In this document: positions 8,083 to 19,255 of the stretch, in pieces
How the letters are laid out: every line of letters starts with the position of its first letter
Numbering within the stretch: the first letter of the stretch is position 1
Origin: Candidatus Latescibacterota bacterium
Lineage (GTDB): Bacteria; Latescibacterota; UBA2968
Direction: 5' to 3'
Assembly: GCA_965198115.1 (NCBI GenBank)
Contig: OZ240241.1
Span: 2,560,001-2,624,000 of the forward strand
Length of the DNA stretch: 64,000 nucleotides
The notes under the pieces: generated by a model
The model's database searches: none
What the model was told of the DNA's origin: nothing
The model's input: the letters and a program-made list of their open reading frames with translations, nothing else
Translations under genes and position numbers: made by a program

Positions 8083-9309
8083 CTACCGGACGCGGATCAA
8101 CTGCGCTCCGCCAGTAATCCGATCGATCTCCTCGAGCCCGTTCTTCGCTCCGGTGTGGTCGGAATCCAGAGCGATCGTTCGTTCGAACGCCTCCCGCGCC
8201 TCGTCCCACCGTCGCGCCTTGGCGTGGAGGACACCGATGTTGAAGTGCACGGTCGACGATTGCGGATCGATCGTCAGCGCCTGCTCGTAGACACCCATCG
8301 CCGCCGCCTCTTCATACCCGTCTCCATAGCGCTCTCCGGCCGCATTGTGTTCGTGGACGAAGGCGAGGACCAGAAGCGAGCGCACGCTGTTCGGTCGCAG
8401 TCGCACCGCCTCCTGGGCGTGACGGAGGCCTCCCACGACATCACCCGACGCGATCCGGTTCTGTGCCAATGCCACACGCGCATCGTGCACGAGAGCGCCA
8501 CGGCTCAGCAGACGATTCAACAAAGAGTCGGAATGCGTAAAACGCTGTGCTGCCGTGCAGGACACGGCCAGCGCCATCGTCATCGAAGCGTTGTCCGGGT
8601 CGATTTCGAGACCCCGCTCGAAGAGCTCGATCGCCTCCTGGTGATCGCCCTGCTCGCGACGCAACAGACCGAGGTTCCTGAGCGTCGGGACACTGACCGG
8701 ATCCAGACGGAGGGCTTCCCCGTAGGCCGCGGCCGCTCCCTCCGCATCCCCCCGCACCTGTCTGTCCGTACCCAGGTTGTAGTAGGCTTTGGGCAGCCCA
8801 TCGTGGATGCGTGGGATCGAGGGATGACCCGGGGAATCGAACAGCAACGCCTCCCACACATCGACCACTTCCTTCCACCTTTCCATCTTCCACAGAGCCT
8901 GTCCCAACCTGTAGCGGATAGCCGGATTCCCCGGCCGGAATCGAAGGGCGTTGGTCAGCGCGATCGCGGCGTCTTCGAATTCTTGCAGCGACATCCGAGC
9001 AAGACCCATATGAAACCAGGCATCGGCGTACTCGGGTTTGAGACGAACGGCCGACGTGAACGCGTGGATCGCATCCTCATAGTCTTCCTGTCGCAGAAGG
9101 GCAAGACCGAGGTTGTAGTGTGCGACCGTGAAGGTCGGATCCAACCCCACCGCCTTCCGAAACGCGGCAGCCGCAAGCCTGAAGTCCCCGTTCGCAGCGA
9201 ACTTCGCGCCTCGATTGCTCACCCTCTCGGCCTCCGACAGTCCTTCCTCGTCGGGAGACTGCGCGCAAAGTGTCGCAGACAACAGGCAAAAGACAAAGAA
9301 GTGCATCAC
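8083..9309 (-). CDS. exported tetratricopeptide repeat protein
   Basis: Hydrophobic signal-like N-terminus and multiple TPR units (AHYNLGLAL, AWFHMGLA, AYYNLG, VHFNIGVL). Confidence 0.88.
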   Translation of the reverse strand: MMHFFVFCLLSATLCAQSPDEEGLSEAERVSNRGAKFAANGDFRLAAAAFRKAVGLDPTFTVAHYNLGLALLRQEDYEDAIHAFTSAVRLKPEYADAWFHMGLARMSLQEFEDAAIALTNALRFRPGNPAIRYRLGQALWKMERWKEVVDVWEALLFDSPGHPSIPRIHDGLPKAYYNLGTDRQVRGDAEGAAAAYGEALRLDPVSVPTLRNLGLLRREQGDHQEAIELFERGLEIDPDNASMTMALAVSCTAAQRFTHSDSLLNRLLSRGALVHDARVALAQNRIASGDVVGGLRHAQEAVRLRPNSVRSLLVLAFVHEHNAAGERYGDGYEEAAAMGVYEQALTIDPQSSTVHFNIGVLHAKARRWDEAREAFERTIALDSDHTGAKNGLEEIDRITGGAQLIRVR

Positions 9310-9999
9310 CTACGTCACGAGATCCGCGGGCAGGTGCTCGACTCTGTTCAAGAACGTCAGACGGAACTGATCCTGGCTGAAATGGATATGTCCTATCGAC
9401 GTGTTGCGCGTGGCGAACCCGCCGTCGGACATCGGGCCATCGTGGAGGAGTTCCGAAAGCAGGTCTGTCGTGAATCCTCCGTGATTGACGATCGCAATCC
9501 GTTCGTCGCTCCCGGCCATTTCCCCTTTCAGACGATCGGCGACCCGTTTCGCTCGCGCCACCCACTGCTCCTCGGTCTCTTTGGGACGTAGCCACCAACC
9601 TTCATCTGTCATCTCATCCGACAAAACAACGTCAGGGAATCGAGCCGTGATTTCGTCCCGGGTCATCCCGGGAAGATCTTCCTCCCCCTCCAGCCAGATT
9701 CCGCCTTCTTCGTGGACATCCGCCCAGATCTCCGGGCGCAGACCGAGGGCCTTCCCGATCGGTTCGGAGGTCTGAAGGCAACGCAGCATCGGAGAGCAAA
9801 ACAGACGGTCGATGCCGTATCCGTTAGCCGCCTCCGACACACCGAAGATCATCTTGGCGGGTGCATCGCGCAGATGAGCGGCAACCAGATCGGCCTGCCG
9901 TTCCCCTGTTCCCGTGAGCGGCGGATCCGCCACCCGGCCGTCACCTTCCGGCAAGGTGTTGTTGAACGACTGACCGTGTCGAACCAGGAAGAGCTCCAT
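9310..9999 (-). CDS. histidine phosphatase (phosphoglycerate mutase family)
   Basis: LVRHGQS, SPMLRCLQT, IVNHGG motifs. Confidence 0.92.
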   Translation of the reverse strand: MELFLVRHGQSFNNTLPEGDGRVADPPLTGTGERQADLVAAHLRDAPAKMIFGVSEAANGYGIDRLFCSPMLRCLQTSEPIGKALGLRPEIWADVHEEGGIWLEGEEDLPGMTRDEITARFPDVVLSDEMTDEGWWLRPKETEEQWVARAKRVADRLKGEMAGSDERIAIVNHGGFTTDLLSELLHDGPMSDGGFATRNTSIGHIHFSQDQFRLTFLNRVEHLPADLVT

Positions 10000-10025
10000 A
10001 GATTGTGCGCCTTTGACTCGAGATT

Positions 10026-10412
10026 CTAAGGGAGGACATCGAACGTGACCGCATCCCGCAGGTCCGAAACGGTGTCAACCGGAGCGAACGTGATGGTCAG
10101 CGAGACGTCACGGCTGGCTCCGGGAGAGAAACCAGCCGCCATCTGCCGTGTCGCGGAGGCGAAGACGGACCCATCCCTGAGCAGGGACCATCGCATCAGG
10201 AAAGGCACGTCGACCGTGATGAAGCCCGTATTGATGACCGTCGCCGATACGACCACGCCCGAAATACGACCGCCCGTCGCCGAGACCGTCGCCTTTTCTA
10301 CGTTCGTCACCGACAGGACGCTCGACAGCGAATCGTTGTCGAACGCAATCGGGTCGCTGCTGCAACCCGCCGACAGCATAAGAACGATTAGGTAGTTTCG
10401 CGCACCGCTCAC
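10026..10412 (-). CDS. putative lipoprotein
   Basis: Lipobox-like LSAGC after a short hydrophobic stretch; beta-rich Ig/CARDB-like remainder (VINTG); co-oriented within the gene run. Confidence 0.6.
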   Translation of the reverse strand: MSGARNYLIVLMLSAGCSSDPIAFDNDSLSSVLSVTNVEKATVSATGGRISGVVVSATVINTGFITVDVPFLMRWSLLRDGSVFASATRQMAAGFSPGASRDVSLTITFAPVDTVSDLRDAVTFDVLP

Positions 10413-10445
10413 AGGATGCCGGGGAATGCGGCTCGGTGGCGTCGA

Positions 10446-11261
10446 TCAGGCAGGCTGTTCGACCGCGTCCTCGAGAACCACTTCGAGCTGGTCTTTGGGC
10501 TTGAAATAGTCGGTCGCCGTGTAGCCGAGTCCCATATCGCCCATTAACCTCCGCTGTCGGGGGGTCATCCGGTCCAGCAATTCCGGGGGCGCCTTCTCGT
10601 AATCGTATGGGCGACACCACATCTGTCCGTAGCGAAAGGTCACGCTGCGTCGCACGTTATCCCCAAAGTGCGGCGCAACCCCGTGCCACATATTGTGTGG
10701 AAAAATCGCAGCATCCCCCGCTTCCACGCACAACTGGATGGCACCCTGAGGATCTTCGCCCTTGGGAATGCCGCCATCGGGCACAGGTCTTCGATGAGTT
10801 CGTGGAACCAGGCAGAAATTGGCGCGGTTTTCTTCGGGTATGTCCGTCAGGAAATATTGAATCTTGAAGTTCAGCGGGGGACTGTCCGGATCGACGCGAA
10901 TCTGAGCGAGCGAGGGACCCGCGTCCGTGTGCCAGCCTGAGAGACGGCTGTCGCTCGGATAACGTACGTAGATCTGCGTCCCCATCACCTGGAGGTAGGG
11001 TCCCATCAAATCGAGGATCACACCGAACGTCCCAGGATGGTCGATCAGCGAGTCGAAAACGAGTGACTGTTCGACCGTCTGGATGATCGTGAATGCCTTC
11101 TTGTCACGAACATCCGGGTTCTCTTCGCGATATCGTTCGATGACTTCGTCGGCCTCTGCCAGATAATCAGAAGCCTGATCTCGGGTGAGAGCCCCTTTCA
11201 GCAGAATGTAGCCTTCTTCGCGCCAGTGCTGCCTCATTTCATCCGTCATACGCCGCATCAT
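10446..11261 (-). CDS. phytanoyl-CoA dioxygenase (PhyH) family protein
   Basis: EEGYILLK, WHTD facial triad, VPRTH, AGDAAIF..WHG, R.S. Confidence 0.9.
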   Translation of the reverse strand: MMRRMTDEMRQHWREEGYILLKGALTRDQASDYLAEADEVIERYREENPDVRDKKAFTIIQTVEQSLVFDSLIDHPGTFGVILDLMGPYLQVMGTQIYVRYPSDSRLSGWHTDAGPSLAQIRVDPDSPPLNFKIQYFLTDIPEENRANFCLVPRTHRRPVPDGGIPKGEDPQGAIQLCVEAGDAAIFPHNMWHGVAPHFGDNVRRSVTFRYGQMWCRPYDYEKAPPELLDRMTPRQRRLMGDMGLGYTATDYFKPKDQLEVVLEDAVEQPA

Positions 11262-11405
11262 CGGTCTCCTGTCAGAACGTGAGGCAGCAAGGTAAAAGCA
11301 TCGCCCGGACGTGTCAATCCACCCGGTTTGACCCGTCGGCCGCTGAGTCTGATATTCCGAAGGTCATCGATCGCCCAGCGTGTCACCATCAGCCGAGGTG
11401 CTGCC

Positions 11406-12151
11406 GTGTCCATCGAATCCGAGCAAGATCTGATCGAACTCCGCAAGATCGGCCGTATCGTCGCCCGTACCCTTCGCGCGATGCGAGAAGCCGTCGCTCC
11501 GGGCGTCACGACGTCGCGGCTCGACGCCGTCGGCGGTTCCTACCTTCGTCGCGAGGGCGCCCGATCGTCACCAAACGGCACTACGGCTTCCCGACGGACA
11601 CAATCGTCTGCGTCAACGACGAGATCGTCCACGGCATTCCCAAAGATCGCCTCCTTCAACAGGGCGACCTGGTCACGTTCGATGTCGTCGCCGAACGGGG
11701 CGGCTACATCGAGGATGCCGCCCTCACCGTCGGGGTAGGCGAGCCGTCGCCGACGCATCGACGCCTCGTAGCCTGCACGCAACGAGCTCTGGGGGACGCC
11801 CTGGGTGTGGCACGGGCAGGTCGTCGTATTCGCCACATCGGGCGCGCGGTGGAGCGCACGGTCGAGCAAGCGGGTTTTTCCGTCGTCAAACAGCTCACAG
11901 GCCACGGTGTCGGCCGAGAGATCCACGAGTGGCCTTCCGTACCGAACTACGATGCCCCGTGGGCAAAGCAGCGGCTGGAAACGGGTCAGGTGATCACGAT
12001 CGAGCCGATCGTGTCTGCCGGATCTGGAGAGATGGTCGAGGGTGAGGATGGCTGGACTGTCAGCACGTCGGATGGAGCCTATGCTTCGCATCACGAACAC
12101 AGCGTCGTGATCACGAAAGGGCCCCCGATTGTCCTGACCGCTGCGGCCTGA
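11406..12151 (+). CDS. map: type I methionyl aminopeptidase, frameshifted
   Basis: GTG 11406 after GAGGTG. VSIESEQDL..GVTT joins YGFP..CVNDEIVHGIP, GHGVGREIHE, TIEP, HHEHSV after an indel in the A-run near 11574. Confidence 0.9.
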
Positions 12152-12166
12152 TACGCGGATAAAACG

Positions 12167-12688
12167 ATGATTCTCGTCGATCTGTCCCGAACGATCGCCG
12201 GAGGAATGGACGTTTACCCGGGCGATCCTCAAATCACGGTTGAACGGGTTCAGACCATCGAGAACCACGGCTGGGAGGTTCGCGCACTCCGTCTGGGCAC
12301 ACACACCGGAACACACGTCGACGCCTTCTCTCACGTCACCGAGGGAAAGCCCTCTATCGATAGTGTACCCCTGGACCGGTTCTTTGGCGCGGCCCATCGC
12401 GTCACATCGACCGATGCGTTGCCGAAAAGAACGGGCCTCCTGTTCGATCCGCCTCCGACAGCCGGCGACGTCGACGCGATTCTGGAAGCCGATCCGATCT
12501 TCGTCGGAAGTCCTCGTCTCGACATCGAAATCGAACGCCCGTTGCTCGATGCGGGAATCGTTACCTTCGACGGTCTCGTCAACCTCGACCAACTGCCCTG
12601 CGACAGACCCGTCCAGTTTTTCGGATTCCCTCTCAAAATCGCCGACGGCGACGGTTCACCTGTCCGCGCCGTGGCGCTCATAGACTGA
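12167..12688 (+). CDS. cyclase family (kynurenine formamidase-like) metal-dependent hydrolase
   Basis: YPGDP, HTGTHVDA, PLKIADGDGSPVRAVA. Confidence 0.9.
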   Translation: MILVDLSRTIAGGMDVYPGDPQITVERVQTIENHGWEVRALRLGTHTGTHVDAFSHVTEGKPSIDSVPLDRFFGAAHRVTSTDALPKRTGLLFDPPPTAGDVDAILEADPIFVGSPRLDIEIERPLLDAGIVTFDGLVNLDQLPCDRPVQFFGFPLKIADGDGSPVRAVALID

Positions 12689-12691
12689 CGT

Positions 12692-13888
12692 CTATTCCGT
12701 CCGTTCGCTGATCTCTCCTGTATCCGTGTTCTTCAGCACGACCTTTGTCCGTCCGTCCGGCAGCTTTTCTGTTTTCATCACGACCAGGCCGTCGATCTTC
12801 TCCCGTTGCGCCTGTCGATCCGCCGCTGGATCTCCACGCCACCCATCGATCTCCACCGCTTCCCACACCCTCGATTTCGCGCTGCGATAGCAGGCATCAA
12901 TGACCGCATTCACGATGTAGCCATCGTAGAAGGTCTCCATCGGATCCCGCCCTGCGTCCATCGCGTCGAACATCTCGGCGAACATCGGTGTGTAGCCGAG
13001 CTCGCTGACCTCGTCCCCCACCGGAAACAGCCACCCCGTTTCGGTCTCGACTTTTTCGGAAACGTAGCCGCCGCTTCCGACATTCGTGAACATTTCGAAT
13101 CCCGTCCGGAGAAAATGATTCAGCCAGATCGTCCCTTCCGTCCCGGACACTTCGTCACGCAGGTCCATCCCCCCGCGAAAGGCCCAGCTCACCTCGAACT
13201 GCCCGACCGAACCGTTTTCGAATCGGATCAGCGCGATCCCGTGGTCTTCGGCCTCGATCGGGTGGACGAGCGTGTCGGCCCAGCACATCACCTCGACCGG
13301 TCGCTGACCTTTCCCGATGAAGTTTCGAATGATTTCGACACAGTGGCACCCCATATCGATGATCGCCCCGCCACCGGCACGTTCCAGGTCCCAGAACCAA
13401 TCGCTGTGCGGGCCTGGGTGTGTCTCACGGGACCTCACCCAGAGCACGCGACCCAGAGCTCCGTTCCGCACAGACTCCAGCGAGCGAAGCGTCTTGGGTG
13501 GGTATACCAAGTCCTCGAGATAACCCGCGAAAACACCCGCGCTCTCCACACATTCCAACATTCGCTTCGCCTCTTCCCCGTTTCTACCCAGGGGCTTCGT
13601 GCAGAGCACCGCCTTTCCCGCTCCTGCCGCGGACGCAACCACCTCCTCGTGGAGATCGTTCGGCAATCCCACGACCACGACGTCGACCTCTTCGTTTTCT
13701 ACGACCGATTTCACATCCGTTGCCCAAACCGGAATCGTATTCTCCTCAGCGAAGGCGCGGGCACGTTCCTCGGTCCGCGAATACACGGCGTGAACCCGAT
13801 CGACTCCTCTGCCCTGGTGGAGTGTCATCGTATAGAACGTGCCGATCAGTCCCGTACCGAGCATTGCGATTCGATGGCCCTCTGGCAT
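12692..13888 (-). CDS. Gfo/Idh/MocA family oxidoreductase
   Basis: [27 protein letters not shown]; ATG 13888 preceded by AGGAGG. Confidence 0.92.
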   Translation of the reverse strand: MPEGHRIAMLGTGLIGTFYTMTLHQGRGVDRVHAVYSRTEERARAFAEENTIPVWATDVKSVVENEEVDVVVVGLPNDLHEEVVASAAGAGKAVLCTKPLGRNGEEAKRMLECVESAGVFAGYLEDLVYPPKTLRSLESVRNGALGRVLWVRSRETHPGPHSDWFWDLERAGGGAIIDMGCHCVEIIRNFIGKGQRPVEVMCWADTLVHPIEAEDHGIALIRFENGSVGQFEVSWAFRGGMDLRDEVSGTEGTIWLNHFLRTGFEMFTNVGSGGYVSEKVETETGWLFPVGDEVSELGYTPMFAEMFDAMDAGRDPMETFYDGYIVNAVIDACYRSAKSRVWEAVEIDGWRGDPAADRQAQREKIDGLVVMKTEKLPDGRTKVVLKNTDTGEISERTE

Positions 13889-14079
13889 AAACACCCTCCT
13901 CGTCAGATCCTGCGCAGGCACACTCGCCAACACGCGTCTATACGTTGGCGCGGGGAACTTAGTCCGGCCTGAACGGGTCGGCAACGGCTTTTGCCCCGGA
14001 TACGAAAGAGGCGTCGATCCTCACAGGGAGACCGACGCCTACGCACCTCGCACTTTCTTCGAGCGGTGGCTCCTCGCCG

Positions 14080-14796
14080 TCAAAACTTCATAGATAGACC
14101 CAACCCTCTCGCCGTCGGCACGACCTGGATCGGCCCCGATACGTGATTCACCGAACGTCCGATCGCAAAACCGATGGCCGCCCCAGCGACGACATCCGAC
14201 AGGTGGTGGACATTCTCTTCCATCCTCCCCATCCCCGTCAGCACCGCCAGCGAATACATCGGCCCACCGGCCTTCCAGCCATAACGCTGTCTGAACAGCT
14301 CCGCCAGAGCAAAACTGTTGGCCGTATGACCCGACGGGAACGAGAGTCGGTTGGTTCCATCGGGACGTTCACGCCCGACCACGAGCTTCGTGGGACCGAC
14401 GACCGCCTGCACATAGACCAGAGTTCTCAGCGAAGTACTCGCGATGTAGCAGACTTCTTTGTATCCGCTTGCGCGCCCGTAGACCCAGAGCAGGCCAGCC
14501 GCGGGCAGATTGTACTTCGAACCGCCATACAGATTCGTGACATCGGCAGCGTTCAGGAAAGCGTTATCCTCCAGCCGGCTGTTCGCCTGGTCGTCCCAAC
14601 CACTGACGGCGCCCGACAGACCCAGACCTGCAGCCAGCACGAGGAGGTTTTCCTGCCGGAAGAAGGATCCGACATCTTGCCGAACCTGACCGGCCGACGC
14701 CATCTGAGGTATCGCAAGCAGACACGCAAGCACACTGACCATCAGATTTCGGCGCTTCGAGCATCTCGGCATAGACGGTTTCTCTATCAGTTCCAC
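14080..14796 (-). CDS. PAP2 family phosphatase
   Basis: KLVVGRERP, SFPSGH, R...NVHHLSDV catalytic motifs. Confidence 0.9.
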   Translation of the reverse strand: MELIEKPSMPRCSKRRNLMVSVLACLLAIPQMASAGQVRQDVGSFFRQENLLVLAAGLGLSGAVSGWDDQANSRLEDNAFLNAADVTNLYGGSKYNLPAAGLLWVYGRASGYKEVCYIASTSLRTLVYVQAVVGPTKLVVGRERPDGTNRLSFPSGHTANSFALAELFRQRYGWKAGGPMYSLAVLTGMGRMEENVHHLSDVVAGAAIGFAIGRSVNHVSGPIQVVPTARGLGLSMKF

Positions 14797-15350
14797 AGGC
14801 TGAATCGCCTGGCCACCTCACGCAGCTCCCCCTGCATCAGCGAGCTGCAGAAGTAAACCTTCCGCATATAATCGATGGCGCCGGACAGATGCTCGAATTC
14901 GCGGGCAAGTACTTCATACTGTCCTACATCTTCGCCGAACAACCGCCTCTCAATGTCGGCTGTTGCGCGGAAGGCACGGGATCCGGTGTCCAGGTAGAGT
15001 CCGAGGAAGCCGTGTCGCTCCAGGTAGGCTCGGAAGATGCCCGACATAAACAGGGTGTAATCCCCAGTGTGCCGCTGGAGATCGCGTTCCTGCTCCACGC
15101 CGTTTCCCGATCGCGCAAGCCTGTCCCCTTCGATCAGCAACTCGACCACGGTCTCGATGCGCCGGCCCTGGGGATCGCGGATGCGAAACAGGGCGTCGGT
15201 TCTCGCGAAGCGGCACAGAAGATCTCTCACGTATTCTCGCATTCGTGGCGCACCCACGTTCAGATCATCGAAGCTGCGATGCACGAGGTCGCGGAACAGA
15301 CGTTCGAGCGACGCCGATGCCGTACCGCGGTTGCTGGGAGCTACCTGCAA
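14787..15350 (-). CDS. conserved hypothetical protein
   Basis: 187 aa helical ORF with conserved-looking RHTGDYTLFMSG..YLDTG; overlaps the PAP2 start. Confidence 0.7.
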   Translation of the reverse strand: MQVAPSNRGTASASLERLFRDLVHRSFDDLNVGAPRMREYVRDLLCRFARTDALFRIRDPQGRRIETVVELLIEGDRLARSGNGVEQERDLQRHTGDYTLFMSGIFRAYLERHGFLGLYLDTGSRAFRATADIERRLFGEDVGQYEVLAREFEHLSGAIDYMRKVYFCSSLMQGELREVARRFSLWN

Positions 15351-15496
15351 AGCTTGGCCTCTAAGAATCCATCTTGACGCGCTCCGGATGTTGAGCTCAA
15401 TTTGAGTCTACCGAGTGCGAGCCATCGAACTATGAATACGGCCTCGCCCTCTCCCCGTCAAGAAAACCAACGTCGATGTTGGAGGCTCGGAGTCAG

Positions 15497-16239
15497 ATGA
15501 CGGATGAGCAGAAGTATCTGTTCGACCTCAATGGGTATCTCGTGCTCGAGCAAGTCGTACCTCCCGACGTCATTACGGCCTGCAATGAGGTACTCGATCG
15601 CTACGAGAAGATGGACGAAGCCGAGTTTCCGCTACCGCTGAAATTGGGGGACAAGCAGACCGACCAGAATCTATACATCTCGAACATACTCGAAGGCGAC
15701 CCCGCCTTCAGGCCACTCATCGATCTTCCCGGCGTTGTCGACGTCGTTCAGACCGTCAGCGGTTCGACGTATCGTCTCAACCACACCTACACCATCTGTC
15801 GTTGGGGTGGTGGCTACACCGGCCTCCATATGCACGGAACGCCGATCATCGACAAGTGCCAGTACCGGTGCGAAAACGGTCAGATTGTATCCACACTGAC
15901 CAAAGCCGTTTTCCCGACGCTCGACTGCGGTCCCGAAGATGGGTGTTTCGCCGTCATCCCCGGCTCCCATAAATCCACTTCCCAAGGCCCTGGGGACAGC
16001 ATCCCGAAGAGAATCCCGCTGTCTCACCTGTACCGTCCAGGGCTGGCGACTGCATCATATTCTCCGAGGCTCTGACCCACGGATCACTCGTCAACAAGTC
16101 AGGTCGTCCTCGCAGGACGCTCTACTACTGCTACAGCATCGGCTGGATGCGCGACTGGGGCGGCCAGCACCTGCGCTTCAGCGAGCGCATCGACGAAGGG
16201 TTGACGGAAGCCCAACAAGAAATCATCCGACTCAAGTGA
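15497..16239 (+). CDS. PhyH-family dioxygenase with atypical metal motif, frameshifted
   Basis: QKYLFDLNGYLV, GLHMHG, VIPGSHK; after an indel near 15976 it continues FPRPW..AGDCIIFSEALTHGS..RRTLYYCY to TGA 16237-16239. Confidence 0.85.
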
Positions 16240-16298
16240 TCTCCCATCCGCTGGCCGCATTACCGTCCCCCTGACTGCTCCCATTTCTCGGGCATACG

Positions 16299-17015
16299 AT
16301 GTCTCTGATCACCATCATCGGCCGCGGCCACTCCGGCACACGCGCGATATCACACACGCTCTACGCAAGCGGCGTCTATATGGGCCGGACAATCAATCGG
16401 TCGGGCGACAAAGTCCCACCCGAACAGATGTACGACGCCTGTCGCGTGATGGCGAAATACGTTGAACGGAACGGCGATCTCGCCTGGGATTTCGCTCGCC
16501 TCCACGAAATGGACATCGATCCCGAGTGGGACCGACTGATCGACGGCTACCTGGCGGATGTCTACACGTTCGAGGCCGAGCACAAAGGTTGGAAGATTCC
16601 GGAAACGACACTCGTCTACCCGTGGATCGCCCGCAAGTTTCCCGATGCGAAATTCATCCACTGGGTTCGCGATCCGCGCGACAGCATCATCGGCAGTCAC
16701 AAGACGGACGATCTCAGAGATTTCGGCATCGACTATCCCTCGACGGATGACATTCGTGAAAGACGTGCCATCTCGTGGTACTATCAGTATGAGATTATGA
16801 AAGCGACACCGTCTCCCAGGCACGTTCTGGCGGTTCGGTTTGAAGACTTCGTCTACAAGCACGAGGAAACACTTCAGCGACTCGAAGACTTTCTCGAGAT
16901 CCCCCTTGCCCGAATCATCGTGCGGACAGACCCCATCGGCCGCTGGAAAACGGACGACGAGCGTCACCACTTCGATTTTTTCGAGGAGGCGATGGCCGTT
17001 CACGGCTATGAATGA
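16299..17015 (+). CDS. sulfotransferase family protein
   Basis: IIGRGHSGT PAPS loop, GWKIP, WVRDPRD 3'-phosphate motif, VRFEDF. Confidence 0.85.
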   Translation: MSLITIIGRGHSGTRAISHTLYASGVYMGRTINRSGDKVPPEQMYDACRVMAKYVERNGDLAWDFARLHEMDIDPEWDRLIDGYLADVYTFEAEHKGWKIPETTLVYPWIARKFPDAKFIHWVRDPRDSIIGSHKTDDLRDFGIDYPSTDDIRERRAISWYYQYEIMKATPSPRHVLAVRFEDFVYKHEETLQRLEDFLEIPLARIIVRTDPIGRWKTDDERHHFDFFEEAMAVHGYE

Positions 17016-17289
17016 GAACAGACGCGCACTGTGGTGGCCACCGGCCACCTTATCTGATGTCGTGATGCCGCGTAAGGCACCACATAGGTCGTATCGAAGG
17101 ACGGCCGGTGGGCCGTTTGGCAAAGGTGACCGATCGCCCCTTCGACTCCGCTCAGGGCAAGCTCTTCGATGCGGCGACTACTAGGACATCCCACAGCCAC
17201 CGGAAATCGCTTCACAAGCCGCCTACTCAGGATGATCGGTCGGTAATCGCTCTTTCATTGAAATGCTCGACATCGTGCATCGAGGACCT

Positions 17290-18260
17290 ATGAAACTTGG
17301 AATCGGCTTTCCACACAGTCAGATGACGGATAAGAATCTGCGATACGCTCGGCAACTCGGCGTCACGCACGTCATCGCTCACTCCCCTCGTCTGGGAGAT
17401 CACGGCTATCACGAACTCGACGAGCTCGTCGCGATGAGGGATCACGTGGAAGATTTCGGAATGACCCTCGAGGGACTCGAGAACCTCCCTCACGACCACT
17501 GGGACCACATCGTTGAGTGGAAGGAGGGTCGGGAAGCCCAGATGAAGAAGGTCCTCCGGACGCTCGAGAATATGGGCAGGGCGGGTATTCCCATTCTTGG
17601 CTACTACTTCGGAATCGCGGGGGTGTGGGGACACTGGCGCAGTTACGACGCGGGTGGAGGAGGCGAGGCGGTGCCGACGTGAAGAGCTTCGACGTCGACC
17701 GTATACCGGACCTCCCCGATCACAGAGCCGCTCCCGTATCGGTCGAGGAGATGTGGGACCGGTTTACGTGGTTTCTCGAACAGGCGATCCCTGTCGCGGA
17801 GAGCGCCGGAGTCAAGCTAGCCGCTCACCAGGATGACCCTCCCGTCGAGGTGCTGCGCGGCACGGGTCGTCTCCTCACGAGTCACGACGCGATGCAGCAT
17901 CTCATCGACCTCGTGCCGAGCCCCAACAACGGATTGGAATTCTGTCAGGGAACGGTGTCGGAGATGGGATCGGACCGAGCGGTCGAGGCCATTCGGCGCT
18001 TTGCCGGACAGGGCAAGATCTTCTACGTTCATTTTCGCAACATCAAGGGCGAGTATCTGAAATTCGACGAGGTGTTCCTGGACGAAGGCGACGTCGACCC
18101 GTTGGAAGCGATGCGCGCCTACAAGGAGGCAGGGTTCGAAGGCGTGTTGACGCCGGACCACTGTCCCGTCATCGAAGGCGAAGGGAGCTATCGCCACCGC
18201 GGGATGGCTTTCTCACTCGGCTATATGCGGGCGTTGATGCAAACGGTGGAAAAAGGCTGA
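17290..18260 (+). CDS. uxuA: mannonate dehydratase family protein, frameshifted
   Basis: QLGVTH; AAHQDDPP, NGLEFCQGT, VHFRN, EGDVD, PDH motifs; indel in the G-run near 17662. Confidence 0.8.
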
Positions 18261-18436
18261 CGAACGAACCGAGGCAACACAGTACAGCGTCCCTGTGCCG
18301 AGCACGGGGACGAGCGTAACGCCTTGTTCAATAGAAATTGATAGATTGCGTATCGCTCGCCCCTGGGCTTTGCCCGGGGCACGTTGTGGAACCTCTGCAT
18401 CCTCCTCTTCTCGCCTTTCTGTTTCACCCCCGCACC

Positions 18437-19237
18437 TCACACCGCCTTACAGGTAAACCCACCATCGACCACAAGCTGTGTTCCCGTGATGTACTTCGCC
18501 TCATCCGAAGCGAGGAACAAGGCGGCATAGGCCACATCCCACGCGTCCCCCATCTTTCCCGTCGGACAAAGACCGTCCCTCACCTCGATCATCTTCTCGA
18601 CGCTCCCTTCCCCATAAGTCTCCTTAAGCGGTTCCACGATCATCGGTGTGTTCATCATCCCCGGAAGGATGGCGTTCACCCGAATCCCCTTGGCCGCATA
18701 CTGCATCGCCACACTCCGTGTGAACTGAAGGATGGCGCCCTTGGTCGCGCTGTAGGAGATGTAATCGGCCCCGATGTGTCGAATGCCCGAGATGGATGAC
18801 AGATTGACGATCGCACCTCGCCCCTGCTTCTCCATATGGGGCAGAACGAACTTACAGGTCAGGAACATACTCTTGAGGTTGACGTCGACCACGCGATCCC
18901 AGCTGGCTTCACTCGCTTCGACGGGACCGCCGATTTCGAGAATCCCCACGTTGTTGTGCAGGATATCGACACGGCCATACGTGTCGAGACAGCCCTGAAC
19001 CATCGCTTCCACGCTGTTGGACCGGGACACGTCGGCCTCGCACGTCTCGCACTGACCGCCCTCCTCTTCGACGATCGCTCGCGTCTCTTCTGCTGCCTCC
19101 AGGTTCAGGTCGACAGCCCATACCTTGGCGCCTTCACGCGCGAACAACACGGCCGTCGCCTTCCCGTTTCCCCATCCGGGACCCGATGATCCCGCTCCTG
19201 TTACGATCGCTATCTTGTCTTTGAGACGATCACCCAT
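18437..19237 (-). CDS. SDR family oxidoreductase
   Basis: VTGAGS..G.G, NNVGI, YSATK (YxxxK), IRVNAILPG, ITGTQLVVDGG. Confidence 0.95.
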   Translation of the reverse strand: MGDRLKDKIAIVTGAGSSGPGWGNGKATAVLFAREGAKVWAVDLNLEAAEETRAIVEEEGGQCETCEADVSRSNSVEAMVQGCLDTYGRVDILHNNVGILEIGGPVEASEASWDRVVDVNLKSMFLTCKFVLPHMEKQGRGAIVNLSSISGIRHIGADYISYSATKGAILQFTRSVAMQYAAKGIRVNAILPGMMNTPMIVEPLKETYGEGSVEKMIEVRDGLCPTGKMGDAWDVAYAALFLASDEAKYITGTQLVVDGGFTCKAV

Positions 19238-19255
19238 CCAACTCCTCGTTTCTGC

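Noticed and set aside
7843-9591. 582-aa plus-strand ORF
   Set aside because: Antisense shadow of the TPR and phosphatase genes in GC-rich DNA; no motifs.
15389-15420. CIRCE/HAIR heat-shock operator
   Set aside because: Only half-sites (TTGAGT, GAGTGC) are present, without the correct partner and spacing.
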